This document shows, in pieces, positions 21,164-30,059 of a stretch of DNA of 45,841 nucleotides. Numbering within the stretch: position 1 is the first letter of the stretch; each line of letters begins with the position of its first letter. The position numbers and the translations under genes were made by a program. The notes under the pieces are model-generated. The model was given only the letters and a program-made list of their open reading frames with translations. It ran no database searches and had not been told where the DNA came from. Source of the DNA: Desulfobacterales bacterium (GTDB lineage: Bacteria > Desulfobacterota > Desulfobacteria > Desulfobacterales > JAFDHS01); the NCBI GenBank assembly GCA_030589165.1, contig JAUUWG010000003.1:1-45841 (forward strand), given 5' to 3'.

Positions 21164-21349
21164 TAAGGGACTCGGCACAAATAAATTATCCCATTTAGCA
21201 TCTCCTATTCAGGCCATCTTTATTCGATACTCAATCAAATCGTCCTCGAAATAGTACGACTATTCCTGTGGCGATTAGATTTCGGATCGAATAAATCTGA
21301 CCTGAACATGAGCACTATCTGGGACACTTTATTCGTGCCGAGTCCCTTA
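21164..21349. mobile_element. 186-bp MITE-like element forming a full-length imperfect palindrome
   Basis: 22-bp terminal inverted repeats TAAGGGACTCGGCACAAATAAA / TTTATTCGTGCCGAGTCCCTTA (1 mismatch), with nested internal inverted repeats. A second highly similar copy starts at 45688. Confidence 0.85.
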
Positions 21350-23829
21350 CAGGAATGACACCCGGATTTTTTTGATTCTTTCTTTTTTCCCTCTTCTTCT
21401 TCTTTTTCGCCAAACTTCTTCAGTCCTTCAGCCAATTCCCTTAATCTTTCATCGACCAGATAATTAATTGTCCCTTCGAGGTAGGTCCCGTCAGGCTGCT
21501 TTTCTCCGGCCTTTTTATCGGTCAGGATTTCGACACCCTCATCAATGGTTTTTACCGCATAAATATGGAACTTCCCATTTTCCACCGCTTTGACCACATC
21601 CTTACGAAGCATAAGATCTTTGACATTACTTTCCGGTATCATCACCCCTTGGCGACCGGTGAATTTGATTTTAGAGCAGCAGTCGTAGAATCCTTCTATT
21701 TTTTGATTGACACCGCCGATGGCCTGTATTTCTCCTTTCTGATTGACGGAACCGGTAACCGCTATATCCTGTCTTAAGGCAAGACCGGAAAGGCTGGAAA
21801 GCAGGGCATAGACTTCGGTTGAAGAGGCGCTGTCCCCCTCCACACCGCTGTAAGACTGCTCAAAGGCAATGCTGGCGCTCATACTCAACGGTTTATCCTG
21901 AGCATACTTCTCTCTCAGGTAGCCGCTTACAATCAGGAGCCCCTTATTATAGGTATTACCCGACAAGTCGGCTTCTCTTTCAATATTGATAATGCCAGAG
22001 CGGCCCATGGAGGTGGAAGCGGTAATACGGGAAGGCTTTCCGAATGAATAATCCCCTACCTGATAAACGGCAAGGCCGTTAACCTGGCCGACCACCTTTC
22101 CGTCAACATCGATCATCAAAGTTCCACGATCGATCATTTCCTGAATATGCTCTTCAATCATGTTGGATCGGTATACCCTGGCTTCAATGGTCTTATCCAC
22201 ATGGCTTTCCCGGACCATCGCCTCATTTTCTTGGCCGGCCCAGTAATCCGCCTCCCGGATGAGATCTGTTATGGCAGGAAAACGCGTAGCGATTTTTTCC
22301 TGACGCCCTGCCATGCGAACCGCATGTTCGACCAGTGCAGCTATGGCTGTTCTGTCAAAGGGCTTCAAATCCTCGTCATCTTTTTTCCTTTTGATAAACT
22401 CTGCAAACTGGCGGATGTTCTCTTCGTTTTTGTTCATGGAGGTATCAAAATCCGCTCTTACTTTAAAAATCTTTTTAATATCCGGGTCATAGGCCATAAG
22501 CAGAGGATACCACCGCTCATCCGAGATAATAACCACCTTAATATCCATATCAATGGGTTCCGGTTTTAAAGCCGTGGTGGTGAACAAATAAAAGGGATCG
22601 TACGTCTGAATCTCCATTTTTTTTGTTTTCAGTGATCGTTTGAGTGACGGCCATACCCCAGGTTCTGCAATGACATCAAGCAAATTCAGAACCAGATACC
22701 CCCCGTTAGCCTTAACAAAAGACCCGGCCGTAATTTTGCTGAAATCCGTCTTCCATACGCCGCTTCGATCAACAACCCTTTCTATACTGCCGAAAAGATT
22801 CCGGTATGTGGGATAGGATTCGACAATCACGGGGGCTGACTTCTGATCAGCGTTATCCACCAGAAGATTGACCTGATAAGGTTGAAAAAGATCGGCGGCA
22901 GGAGGCAAAAAGGGTATTCCAGGTACAAGTTGCTGAGCCTGGGGCATGAAAATCTGTAAATTCTCAGTCATATCCTCAAGCATGTCATTAAAATACGTAT
23001 CAATCTCTTTAATTTTATATTTATCCCTTATGGGCACAACCAGTTGCGTTGCCGCTTTCATAAACATGAAGCGATCCATTTCCTCAATATTTTCCTGAAT
23101 CTCCTTTTGCAGATCTCTGAGTTCAAGGAAAATTTTGTCTATCTGATCTCTGAGTTTTTCCTGCTTTTTTTTCAACTCCTCAAACTCTTCCTTTGGGAAC
23201 CTTCCCCTTTCCTCCATATCTTCAACCTGATCGATATGCATGGGTTTTTCATCAACCAAAGGCATGAGTTCAGGCCGCTTAACCTGTCCTACCTGTATAT
23301 CCACAAGAGCAAACCCCTGCTCTCGGACTTCCTTGTCAAGCTCCTTGAAAAAATTTTTAGCCTTTTTCTCATATTCTTCTGCAATCTCTTTTTTTCGGCT
23401 CAGATAATCCTGACCGGTAAAAAGTTGCGGGATTTGCTTTTTAAGGGCTTCTATAAAATTATGAATTTCCTTTTTGAATTTCTGCCCTGTTCCTGCCTTG
23501 AGCCGGAGGAGGATGGGTGCCTCAGGATTCTTGAAGTTATTCACATAACAAAGGTCGTCCGGTACCATACCCTTTTTCCGGGATATCTCATCGAGTAATT
23601 TTCGAACTGTGGACATTTTCCCCGTACCCAAGGCCCCTGTTACGAAAACATTGTATCCCTCTTTATTAATATCCATGCCAAAGCGGAAGGCCTCTACGCC
23701 TCTTTTCTGGCCGATAATCTTTTCCAGCGGTTTAACGTCTTCAGTACTTTCAAACGGCAGGGTGACCGGATCAAGGCGCCATCTGAGTTTATCAACGCTC
23801 ACTGTTTTATCTGATTTATTCTCGGGCAT
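21235..23829 (-). CDS. Lon-like S16 protease (LonB/LonC-type); the last ~38 codons derive from the MITE
   Basis: IIGQKRG, Walker A-like GALGTGKMS, GSFVKANGGYL, GQVNGLAV, catalytic EGDSASS and GGVNQKIEGF. Confidence 0.9.
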   Translation of the reverse strand: MPENKSDKTVSVDKLRWRLDPVTLPFESTEDVKPLEKIIGQKRGVEAFRFGMDINKEGYNVFVTGALGTGKMSTVRKLLDEISRKKGMVPDDLCYVNNFKNPEAPILLRLKAGTGQKFKKEIHNFIEALKKQIPQLFTGQDYLSRKKEIAEEYEKKAKNFFKELDKEVREQGFALVDIQVGQVKRPELMPLVDEKPMHIDQVEDMEERGRFPKEEFEELKKKQEKLRDQIDKIFLELRDLQKEIQENIEEMDRFMFMKAATQLVVPIRDKYKIKEIDTYFNDMLEDMTENLQIFMPQAQQLVPGIPFLPPAADLFQPYQVNLLVDNADQKSAPVIVESYPTYRNLFGSIERVVDRSGVWKTDFSKITAGSFVKANGGYLVLNLLDVIAEPGVWPSLKRSLKTKKMEIQTYDPFYLFTTTALKPEPIDMDIKVVIISDERWYPLLMAYDPDIKKIFKVRADFDTSMNKNEENIRQFAEFIKRKKDDEDLKPFDRTAIAALVEHAVRMAGRQEKIATRFPAITDLIREADYWAGQENEAMVRESHVDKTIEARVYRSNMIEEHIQEMIDRGTLMIDVDGKVVGQVNGLAVYQVGDYSFGKPSRITASTSMGRSGIINIEREADLSGNTYNKGLLIVSGYLREKYAQDKPLSMSASIAFEQSYSGVEGDSASSTEVYALLSSLSGLALRQDIAVTGSVNQKGEIQAIGGVNQKIEGFYDCCSKIKFTGRQGVMIPESNVKDLMLRKDVVKAVENGKFHIYAVKTIDEGVEILTDKKAGEKQPDGTYLEGTINYLVDERLRELAEGLKKFGEKEEEEGKKKESKKSGCHSCKGLGTNKVSQIVLMFRSDLFDPKSNRHRNSRTISRTI

Positions 23830-23991
23830 TTATGGACTCCTCATTTTTAGTTATTTTAGATAGCTTTAAAGTCTTTCAGGATAGCTTGGAAATTCAGATG
23901 AAATAAATTTTGATCTAAAGACAGGATAATAAGTCTTCCAAGGGCCAAAAAGGGCTTCTGAAATAATGTATCTGAGGCAATTGATAATAAA

Positions 23992-24429
23992 TTACTCTAC
24001 TCTGATTTTAACTTCCCGGACTCTTTCCGGTTTGTATTTAGGAATAAATATTTTTAATATGCCGTTTGTATAGGTTGCCTCAACATTGTCGAGCATTACC
24101 CGACAAGGGAGTGGAATGGTCCGGAAAAAAGACTCTTGTCTTACCTCAATTTTTCCACCTTTCTTAACGACTTCTTGTTTCATCTCCCCTTTAATGGTCA
24201 GGACACCATCGTTGATCGAGATGTCCAAATTCTCCGGATTAAAACCAGGTATCTCAGCATTGACAACCAAATGGTCCTTTGTTTGTAATAAATTTATAAA
24301 GGGAACCTTACTGACGACCCTTGGCAAAAGAGGCATATCAAAATCATTGCAAAACCTGTACATGAGGCGGTCCATATCTCTTTTCAATTTCCTCATTTCC
24401 TGATCTATCCATATGGTCAGCTCGGGCAT
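23992..24429 (-). CDS. Small heat-shock protein Hsp20/alpha-crystallin family
   Basis: AEIPG...LDISINDGVLTIKGE, FFRTIPLP, ATYTNGILKIFIPK, C-terminal V-x-I-x-V; GGAGG RBS. Confidence 0.92.
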   Translation of the reverse strand: MPELTIWIDQEMRKLKRDMDRLMYRFCNDFDMPLLPRVVSKVPFINLLQTKDHLVVNAEIPGFNPENLDISINDGVLTIKGEMKQEVVKKGGKIEVRQESFFRTIPLPCRVMLDNVEATYTNGILKIFIPKYKPERVREVKIRVE

Positions 24430-24662
24430 GGTTAAACCTCCTTTCTATTTTCCGGATGGTTTATTTATGATTATAAAAATTTTAAGATACTATTTCGGCT
24501 CGTTCTGTGAAACATTAATTATGGCAGAACATATTACGAATAAAATACGCAAAAAAAATTATATCACAGTCAGTACGGTAAAAACACAAAAAATAATTTT
24601 CCGGAATGGACATTTTAAAAACTCATCAAAGGTTATGGAATAAAGTACACAGTTTTATGTAA

Positions 24663-24714
24663 TTATGATGTAATTTTCATAACCATAAATCCGGATTTCT
24701 ATGACTCGCCATAA
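24663..24714. promoter_or_regulatory. Candidate upstream activator sites for a sigma-54 enhancer-binding protein
   Basis: TTATGA-N8-TCATAA (24663-24682) and a related TATGA-N5-CATAA (24700-24714), about 80-130 bp upstream of the sigma-54 site. Confidence 0.4.
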
Positions 24715-24789
24715 AACCCGCCTGCCAATATTTTTATAACAATTTGATATTTAAACATAAAATTACTCGACTAAATATCTGCAGGTTAC

Positions 24790-24805
24790 TGGCACCTAAA
24801 TTGCA
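24790..24805 (+). promoter_or_regulatory. Sigma-54 (-24/-12) promoter of cooS
   Basis: TGGCAC-CTAAA-TTGCA matches the TGGCAC-N5-TTGCW consensus and points toward cooS. Confidence 0.8.
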
Positions 24806-24891
24806 ATGATTTACTATACTCCAAATTTTACGTTTTTATTTGGCAAACCGGTTTAAGATTTAATAATGCCTTTTGACTCAAATTTAACATC

Positions 24892-24921
24892 GGGTTTAAC
24901 CTCCATGGGTTTAACCTCCAT
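24892..24921 (+). repeat. Perfect 15-bp tandem duplication in the cooS leader
   Basis: GGGTTTAACCTCCAT occurs twice in tandem. Confidence 0.85.
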
Positions 24922-24997
24922 GGGGAAAAATTCCAAATTCGGTTTTTAAATTCCATGAAGGAAAAAACTAAATTCCAAGAAGGAAGGAGGATTAGAC

Positions 24998-26962
24998 ATG
25001 GCGGAAAAGATAACAGGGCCGGAAATCAAACCACTCGATATGGAAAAGACGACCACTTGTGAAGCCACAGCCCAGATGCTCACAAAAGCGGAAAAAGACG
25101 GCGTGGAAACTGCTTTTCATCGGGCAGCCGCAATGAAGGCCTGTCCCATCGGTGCGGATTCGGCATGCTGCAAACACTGTTCCATGGGACCCTGCCGCTT
25201 GGTTTCCAAGGATCCCTATTCCAAGGTGGGCGTGTGCGGAGCCACGATCGACACCATTATGGCCCGAAACTTTGCCCGTATGGTAGCAAGCGGTGCTGCA
25301 GCCCATACCGACCATGGTATGAGCATGCTGGATGTATTCAGAGAAGTGGTCAAGGGCGACCTTAAAGATTATCAAATCAAGGATACCAAAAAGCTAAAAG
25401 AGGTTGCCGCATCTATCGGCATCGAAGTGGAAGACCGGAAAGTCGATGAAATCGCCACAGACCTTTACGAGGAGCTGGAACGGACCTACACCCAGGTCGA
25501 AGGCGAAATCCCCTTTGCCCAAAGGGTGCCTGAAAAGACCTTGGAAACCTGGAGAAAGAACGGTATCGTTCCGCGCGGTGCCATGCGGGAAATCATGGAA
25601 CTTATGCATCGAACCCACATGGGTGTGGACCAACACTATGAAAATATCACCAAGCAGTGCAGCCGTACAGCGTTGGCTGATGGATGGGGTGGATCCATGG
25701 TGGCCACGGAAATCTCGGATATTCTCTTTGGCACACCTACCCCTGTGGCTGCCGAAGTCAATATGGGATGTCTGAAAGAAAACGAAGGCAACATCATTAT
25801 CCACGGCCATGAACCCAACCTCTTTGAGTCCATGTTGGCTTCGGTCAATAATCCTGACAAGATCCAGGCGGCCAAAGATGCCGGTGCGGAAGGAATCAAT
25901 CTGGTCGGCATGTGTTGTTCCGGGGCTGAGATGCTTTCCCGGCACGGAATCCCCCATGCGGGTAACTTCATGTCCACGGAAGCGATTCTGGTCACCGGCG
26001 CTGTAGACGCCATGGGTGTGGATGTTCAGTGCATCAAGCAGGGTCTGGCCAAGGTGGCTGAGTGCTACGGAACCCATCTTTTTACCACCAACCCCAGGTG
26101 TAAGATTGAAGGGGCTGAACATATTGAACTGGACGAGCATCATCCCAGTCAATGTACGGATGCAATCGTTGATAAGGCCATTACGCGATTCAAAAACCGG
26201 ACACGGCCCGTGGAGATTCCCAATATCAGCAACATGGGTATTCACGGTTTCTCTGCCGAATCCATCAAGTACATGCTGGGTGGGACCTTCAGGGGCTCTT
26301 ATGTCCCCCTGAATGACAATATCATTAACGGCAGAATCCGGGGGGTGGCCGGCGTCGTGGGGTGCACAAACCCGAGGGTCAAACATGACTATGTTCATGT
26401 AGAGATGGTCAAGGAATTGATTAAGCACGACGTCCTCGTGGTCCAGACCGGATGTTCCCAGATAGCCCTTGCCAAAGCAGGGCTTTATAGACCTGAAGCC
26501 GCCTATCTGGCAGGTCACGGCTTGAGAGAGGTCTGCGAGACGGTCGGTATGCCGCCGGTTCTGGGTTTGGGATCATGTGTAGATAACAGCCGCATCCTCA
26601 TTGCATGCTCTGAAATGGTTAAAACGGGCGGACTTGGCGACAGCATCGCTGATTTGCCGGTTGCAGGAGCGGCTCCTGAGTGGATGAGCGAAAAGGCGAT
26701 CTCCATTGGTCATTATTTCGTCGCATCCGGCGTTTATACCGTATTCGGAGTTACGTTCCCCATTATCGAAAATACCAAATTCAAAAAACTTCTTTTTGAC
26801 GGTCTGGAAGATGATGGACTCGGGAAATGGGGCTTTGCCAGAGATCCCTATGAAATGGCACATCTGATGATCGACCATATCGACAAGAAACGTAAGGCCT
26901 TGGGCATCGACAAGGCCAGGGAAAGAGTTCTTATGGATATGGAAGCTCGCATGGCCCTCTAA
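24998..26962 (+). CDS. cooS: Anaerobic Ni,Fe carbon-monoxide dehydrogenase catalytic subunit
   Basis: D/B-cluster CPIG....CCKHCSMGPC, VCGA, AAHTDH; C-cluster ligands HGHEP, GMCCSG, DVQC, GCTN, TGCS, GSCVD; MSEKA; GGAGG RBS. Confidence 0.96.
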   Translation: MAEKITGPEIKPLDMEKTTTCEATAQMLTKAEKDGVETAFHRAAAMKACPIGADSACCKHCSMGPCRLVSKDPYSKVGVCGATIDTIMARNFARMVASGAAAHTDHGMSMLDVFREVVKGDLKDYQIKDTKKLKEVAASIGIEVEDRKVDEIATDLYEELERTYTQVEGEIPFAQRVPEKTLETWRKNGIVPRGAMREIMELMHRTHMGVDQHYENITKQCSRTALADGWGGSMVATEISDILFGTPTPVAAEVNMGCLKENEGNIIIHGHEPNLFESMLASVNNPDKIQAAKDAGAEGINLVGMCCSGAEMLSRHGIPHAGNFMSTEAILVTGAVDAMGVDVQCIKQGLAKVAECYGTHLFTTNPRCKIEGAEHIELDEHHPSQCTDAIVDKAITRFKNRTRPVEIPNISNMGIHGFSAESIKYMLGGTFRGSYVPLNDNIINGRIRGVAGVVGCTNPRVKHDYVHVEMVKELIKHDVLVVQTGCSQIALAKAGLYRPEAAYLAGHGLREVCETVGMPPVLGLGSCVDNSRILIACSEMVKTGGLGDSIADLPVAGAAPEWMSEKAISIGHYFVASGVYTVFGVTFPIIENTKFKKLLFDGLEDDGLGKWGFARDPYEMAHLMIDHIDKKRKALGIDKARERVLMDMEARMAL

Positions 26963-26969
26963 GGCTGAA

Positions 26970-27149
26970 ACTCGATCATCGAGGGGCTTGGTCATAATTT
27001 CGGCCATATAATAATTAGTAGGTTGGGTTGAGCTTTCGCTGTTAATGTTGGGTTTCGCACCTCAACCCAACCTACATTTGATAATCGGCTCGAATATCCG
27101 GGTGCGAAACCCAACAATAGCCGAAAATATGATTATCCCCTCATCGAGT
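26970..27149. repeat. Nested palindromic element containing GTAG-type REP sequences
   Basis: Outer imperfect inverted repeat (GAGGGG..TCATAATTTCGGC / GCCGAAAATATGATTATCCCCTC). Inner perfect 15-bp pairs GTAGGTTGGGTTGAG/CTCAACCCAACCTAC and GTTGGGTTTCGCACC/GGTGCGAAACCCAAC. Confidence 0.8.
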
Positions 27150-27178
27150 AAAAGATTCGGAAGGGGACTTCCAGGGGC

Positions 27179-29122
27179 CTAAGACTCACACTCAGCCGAA
27201 TTATTTATTTTTTTAAGATACCTTGTTCTGTATTTTTCCAATTCATCAGCCACCTGCGGCAAGTCATATTCCTTTAATATTTCAGCCTTGGGAAACCCTG
27301 TTTCATTATCCCATCCACGTACCTGGTAATAGAGCGGAATAAGCTCATCTTCAGGGAAGAGGACACCTTTGTTGGGTCCATCGGGCATCGGTTCTTCTGT
27401 AAAACGACGGGGACTTTTGTCCTCTAATCGCCCCACCAATAAACGGTTCCAGTAAGCTCTTTCCAGATGAACGATGCGTCCACCTATTTTCAACAATTCA
27501 TCTGCCGAAAAGTCTATTCCGGTAGCCGATGAAACCATCTTAGCCATATCCTCGGGAAGGACGGCAAAGGACCATGAATGGGTAAATGAACACTGAGTAA
27601 GGCAATCGCCCACTGCTTTAACGTCCTCTGAGTACTTTTCCATTTCCGGTTTCTTTACTTTTGAGAGACGATCTTCAGCCTCACTGGTTCCTAAAATCTT
27701 TTTCACCAGACCGGGGTAAAAGCCACCGGTCAACTCCAGACAGGGCAACCCCTGGAGGTGATCACCGCCGCGCCTCCCCGTAGCAAAGCCTATACCAAAG
27801 GCAAATCCCAGCCCCCGGGGATCGTCCTGGGACATATCATGCCCCTTGATTGTCATTGTATAATACTGCCCACGATTAAAATGCTTTGCTGCATAATGAG
27901 CCCCTTCAGCCAAAACATCTCCAAAACCCCGGCGTGAAGCAATCATTTTTATTAATTTATCAATCAACTCCTGATCACCCCATTTCAGAACCAGGCCGTC
28001 TGTATCTTCTTGGGTCAACAGACCCTTTTCGTAACACTCCATGGCCCAGGCAATGGCGGCACCGCAGGAACATGAATCCATCCCCAATTCATTTACCAGT
28101 TTATTGTTGTGAATAATCGATGCCGGATCCAACAGACCGATCCGGGGACCGATACCGGCCAGAGTTTCGTATTCCGGTCCTCCTGTAATTTCTCCGGCAT
28201 ATTTCCCCTTGGAAATTTTGCTGAACCTTCCGCAGGATATCGAACAAGCAAAACACCCCTCCCGGTGTGCCAAAAAATTATCCCGGTGGTTCTCACCGCT
28301 AAGCAATCTTCCATCCGGGTGATGTCCCTTTTGAAAATTTCTCCAGCACAACCATCCCTGCTCATAGTTTGCCGGCATGGTCAGAAGCAAGGTACCTTGG
28401 TCATACAACATCTGAGCCATCAGGTCCTGCTTGAGTTTTTCCCTTGCCTGAGCACAGATTTTAAAAAATTCCTTCGGTCGTGCTATTTCTACGGGAGTTG
28501 TACCCCGAAGTGCTACCGCTTTAAGATTTTTGGAGCCCATAACAGCCCCCATGCCGCACCGGCCTGCAGCGCGGTAAACATCGCTCATCATACAGGCATA
28601 GCGAACCCTGTTTTCACCAGCAGGACCGATAATGGCTATATGTATGTCATAATTATTCAATTCTTCTTTAATCATGGCATCAGTCTGAGGTATATTTTTA
28701 CCCCAGAGATGCTCGGCATCCCGGATCTCTACCTGATCATTATGAATGTAAAGATATACCGGGCTTTCAGCTTTACCTTGTATAATTAGTTGGTCATGTC
28801 CTGTATATTTCAGTTCCGCACCCCAGTGGCCACCCATATTTGAATCCCCAAAACCCGGAGGATCCTGAATAGGAGATTTTGTCGTAACCGTACACCTCCC
28901 ACTGGAAGGAGCAAAAGTTCCCGTGAGTGGACCGACACCGAAAACAAGGCGATTTTCAGGTGAAAATGGTTCTACCTCCGGTCCCACTTCCCGATATAAA
29001 AGCTCCGAGTTCAGTCCCCGTCCGCCTAACCATTTTTTTAAATGCCCGACGGGAATTTCTTCAACTGTTACCTTTTTGCTGCTTAAATCTACACGCAGCC
29101 TTTTTCCTCTATAACCGTACAT
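27179..29122 (-). CDS. Tungsten-dependent aldehyde:ferredoxin oxidoreductase family protein
   Basis: LRVDLS, LGGRGL, SNMGGHWGAELK, IGPAGEN, RAAGRCGMGAVMGSKNLKA, CFACSISC, PEYET, DPRG, RGGDH. Confidence 0.94.
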   Translation of the reverse strand: MYGYRGKRLRVDLSSKKVTVEEIPVGHLKKWLGGRGLNSELLYREVGPEVEPFSPENRLVFGVGPLTGTFAPSSGRCTVTTKSPIQDPPGFGDSNMGGHWGAELKYTGHDQLIIQGKAESPVYLYIHNDQVEIRDAEHLWGKNIPQTDAMIKEELNNYDIHIAIIGPAGENRVRYACMMSDVYRAAGRCGMGAVMGSKNLKAVALRGTTPVEIARPKEFFKICAQAREKLKQDLMAQMLYDQGTLLLTMPANYEQGWLCWRNFQKGHHPDGRLLSGENHRDNFLAHREGCFACSISCGRFSKISKGKYAGEITGGPEYETLAGIGPRIGLLDPASIIHNNKLVNELGMDSCSCGAAIAWAMECYEKGLLTQEDTDGLVLKWGDQELIDKLIKMIASRRGFGDVLAEGAHYAAKHFNRGQYYTMTIKGHDMSQDDPRGLGFAFGIGFATGRRGGDHLQGLPCLELTGGFYPGLVKKILGTSEAEDRLSKVKKPEMEKYSEDVKAVGDCLTQCSFTHSWSFAVLPEDMAKMVSSATGIDFSADELLKIGGRIVHLERAYWNRLLVGRLEDKSPRRFTEEPMPDGPNKGVLFPEDELIPLYYQVRGWDNETGFPKAEILKEYDLPQVADELEKYRTRYLKKINNSAECES

Positions 29123-29127
29123 AATAA

Positions 29128-29616
29128 TTATCCCTCCATCACGGTGAATTTCATGTTCAGCTCCCGACGTTTGGACATCATATATTCATCAGCAAAAACA
29201 TATGTCAGTGCCCCGGAAGGACAGTATTTTACGCAGACAGGATCCCCGCCGCATAAATGGCACTTAAAGGCCGCCTCTTTTTCAGGGTGAAAATTAATCT
29301 GCCCAAAAGGACAGGATTGGAGGCATTTGTGACATCCAATGCAATCCGTTTCATTGATAATCACAGCTCCTGTAACTTTGTCATGGACAATAGCACCGGC
29401 TGGACAGGCCGACATACATTGAGGCTTGCTGCAATGGGAACACACCGTGGGAAAATTCATGCCCTTTGCTTCAAACTTAATTATCCTTATTCCTGAGAGT
29501 ACCGGACTGCATTTCTGCTCATTGTATAACGAGCAGGCCATTTCACAGGTCCTGCATCCTGTGCACTTTGACGGGTCAACCATCAAAACCTTTTGAGCCA
29601 CGTTTTTTACCTCCAT
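29128..29616 (-). CDS. 4Fe-4S multicluster electron-transfer subunit of the AOR
   Basis: Four Cys clusters (CTGCRTCEMAC, CSHCSKPQCMSACP, CIGCHKCLQSCP, KCHLC...CVKYCP); 5 bp upstream of the AOR gene. Confidence 0.93.
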   Translation of the reverse strand: MEVKNVAQKVLMVDPSKCTGCRTCEMACSLYNEQKCSPVLSGIRIIKFEAKGMNFPTVCSHCSKPQCMSACPAGAIVHDKVTGAVIINETDCIGCHKCLQSCPFGQINFHPEKEAAFKCHLCGGDPVCVKYCPSGALTYVFADEYMMSKRRELNMKFTVMEG

Positions 29617-30059
29617 CTATAAGTACCCGATCATATATTTTTTAACACTTTTAAAGAGTCTATGCTCTTTTTATTTTGAGGCTTACATCGAAGAAAAGTT
29701 AAAACCTTTTGTACGGGTACTTACGAAAATATTTAATTTTCATTTTTGTAACCGCTTGTTAATATATCGATTATTTTTCCCCCAAAAACAATTACGATTT
29801 TAATGTCAAGATCAGCAAAAAAAGAAAGAAAGATACATGTATCCCGAATTGAGCCATTACCTTTATAAAAATGAATCGCCTGCTTCAAGTTAAATTTGAG
29901 TACAATGATAAAAAATCAGTACACTGCGCGATCTTCTTGAATACAGCTATTGACAATAACACTTATGTATGACATCGACCGTAAAACTAAAACCCAATAA
30001 ACAAAAATCATTATAGGAAAACCTTTTTGGTTATAGCTTGTCCAGATTAGGAGATTAAG

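Noticed and set aside
24413-24643. 76-aa ORF in the hsp20-cooS intergenic region
   Set aside because: It overlaps the hsp20 start in antisense, is AT-rich, has no RBS or motif, and lies in promoter DNA.
25394-26518. 374-aa antisense ORF within cooS, and other long shadow ORFs such as 28109..28789 and 23044..23598
   Set aside because: They lie entirely opposite well-supported genes, have no recognisable motifs, and are expected from codon bias.
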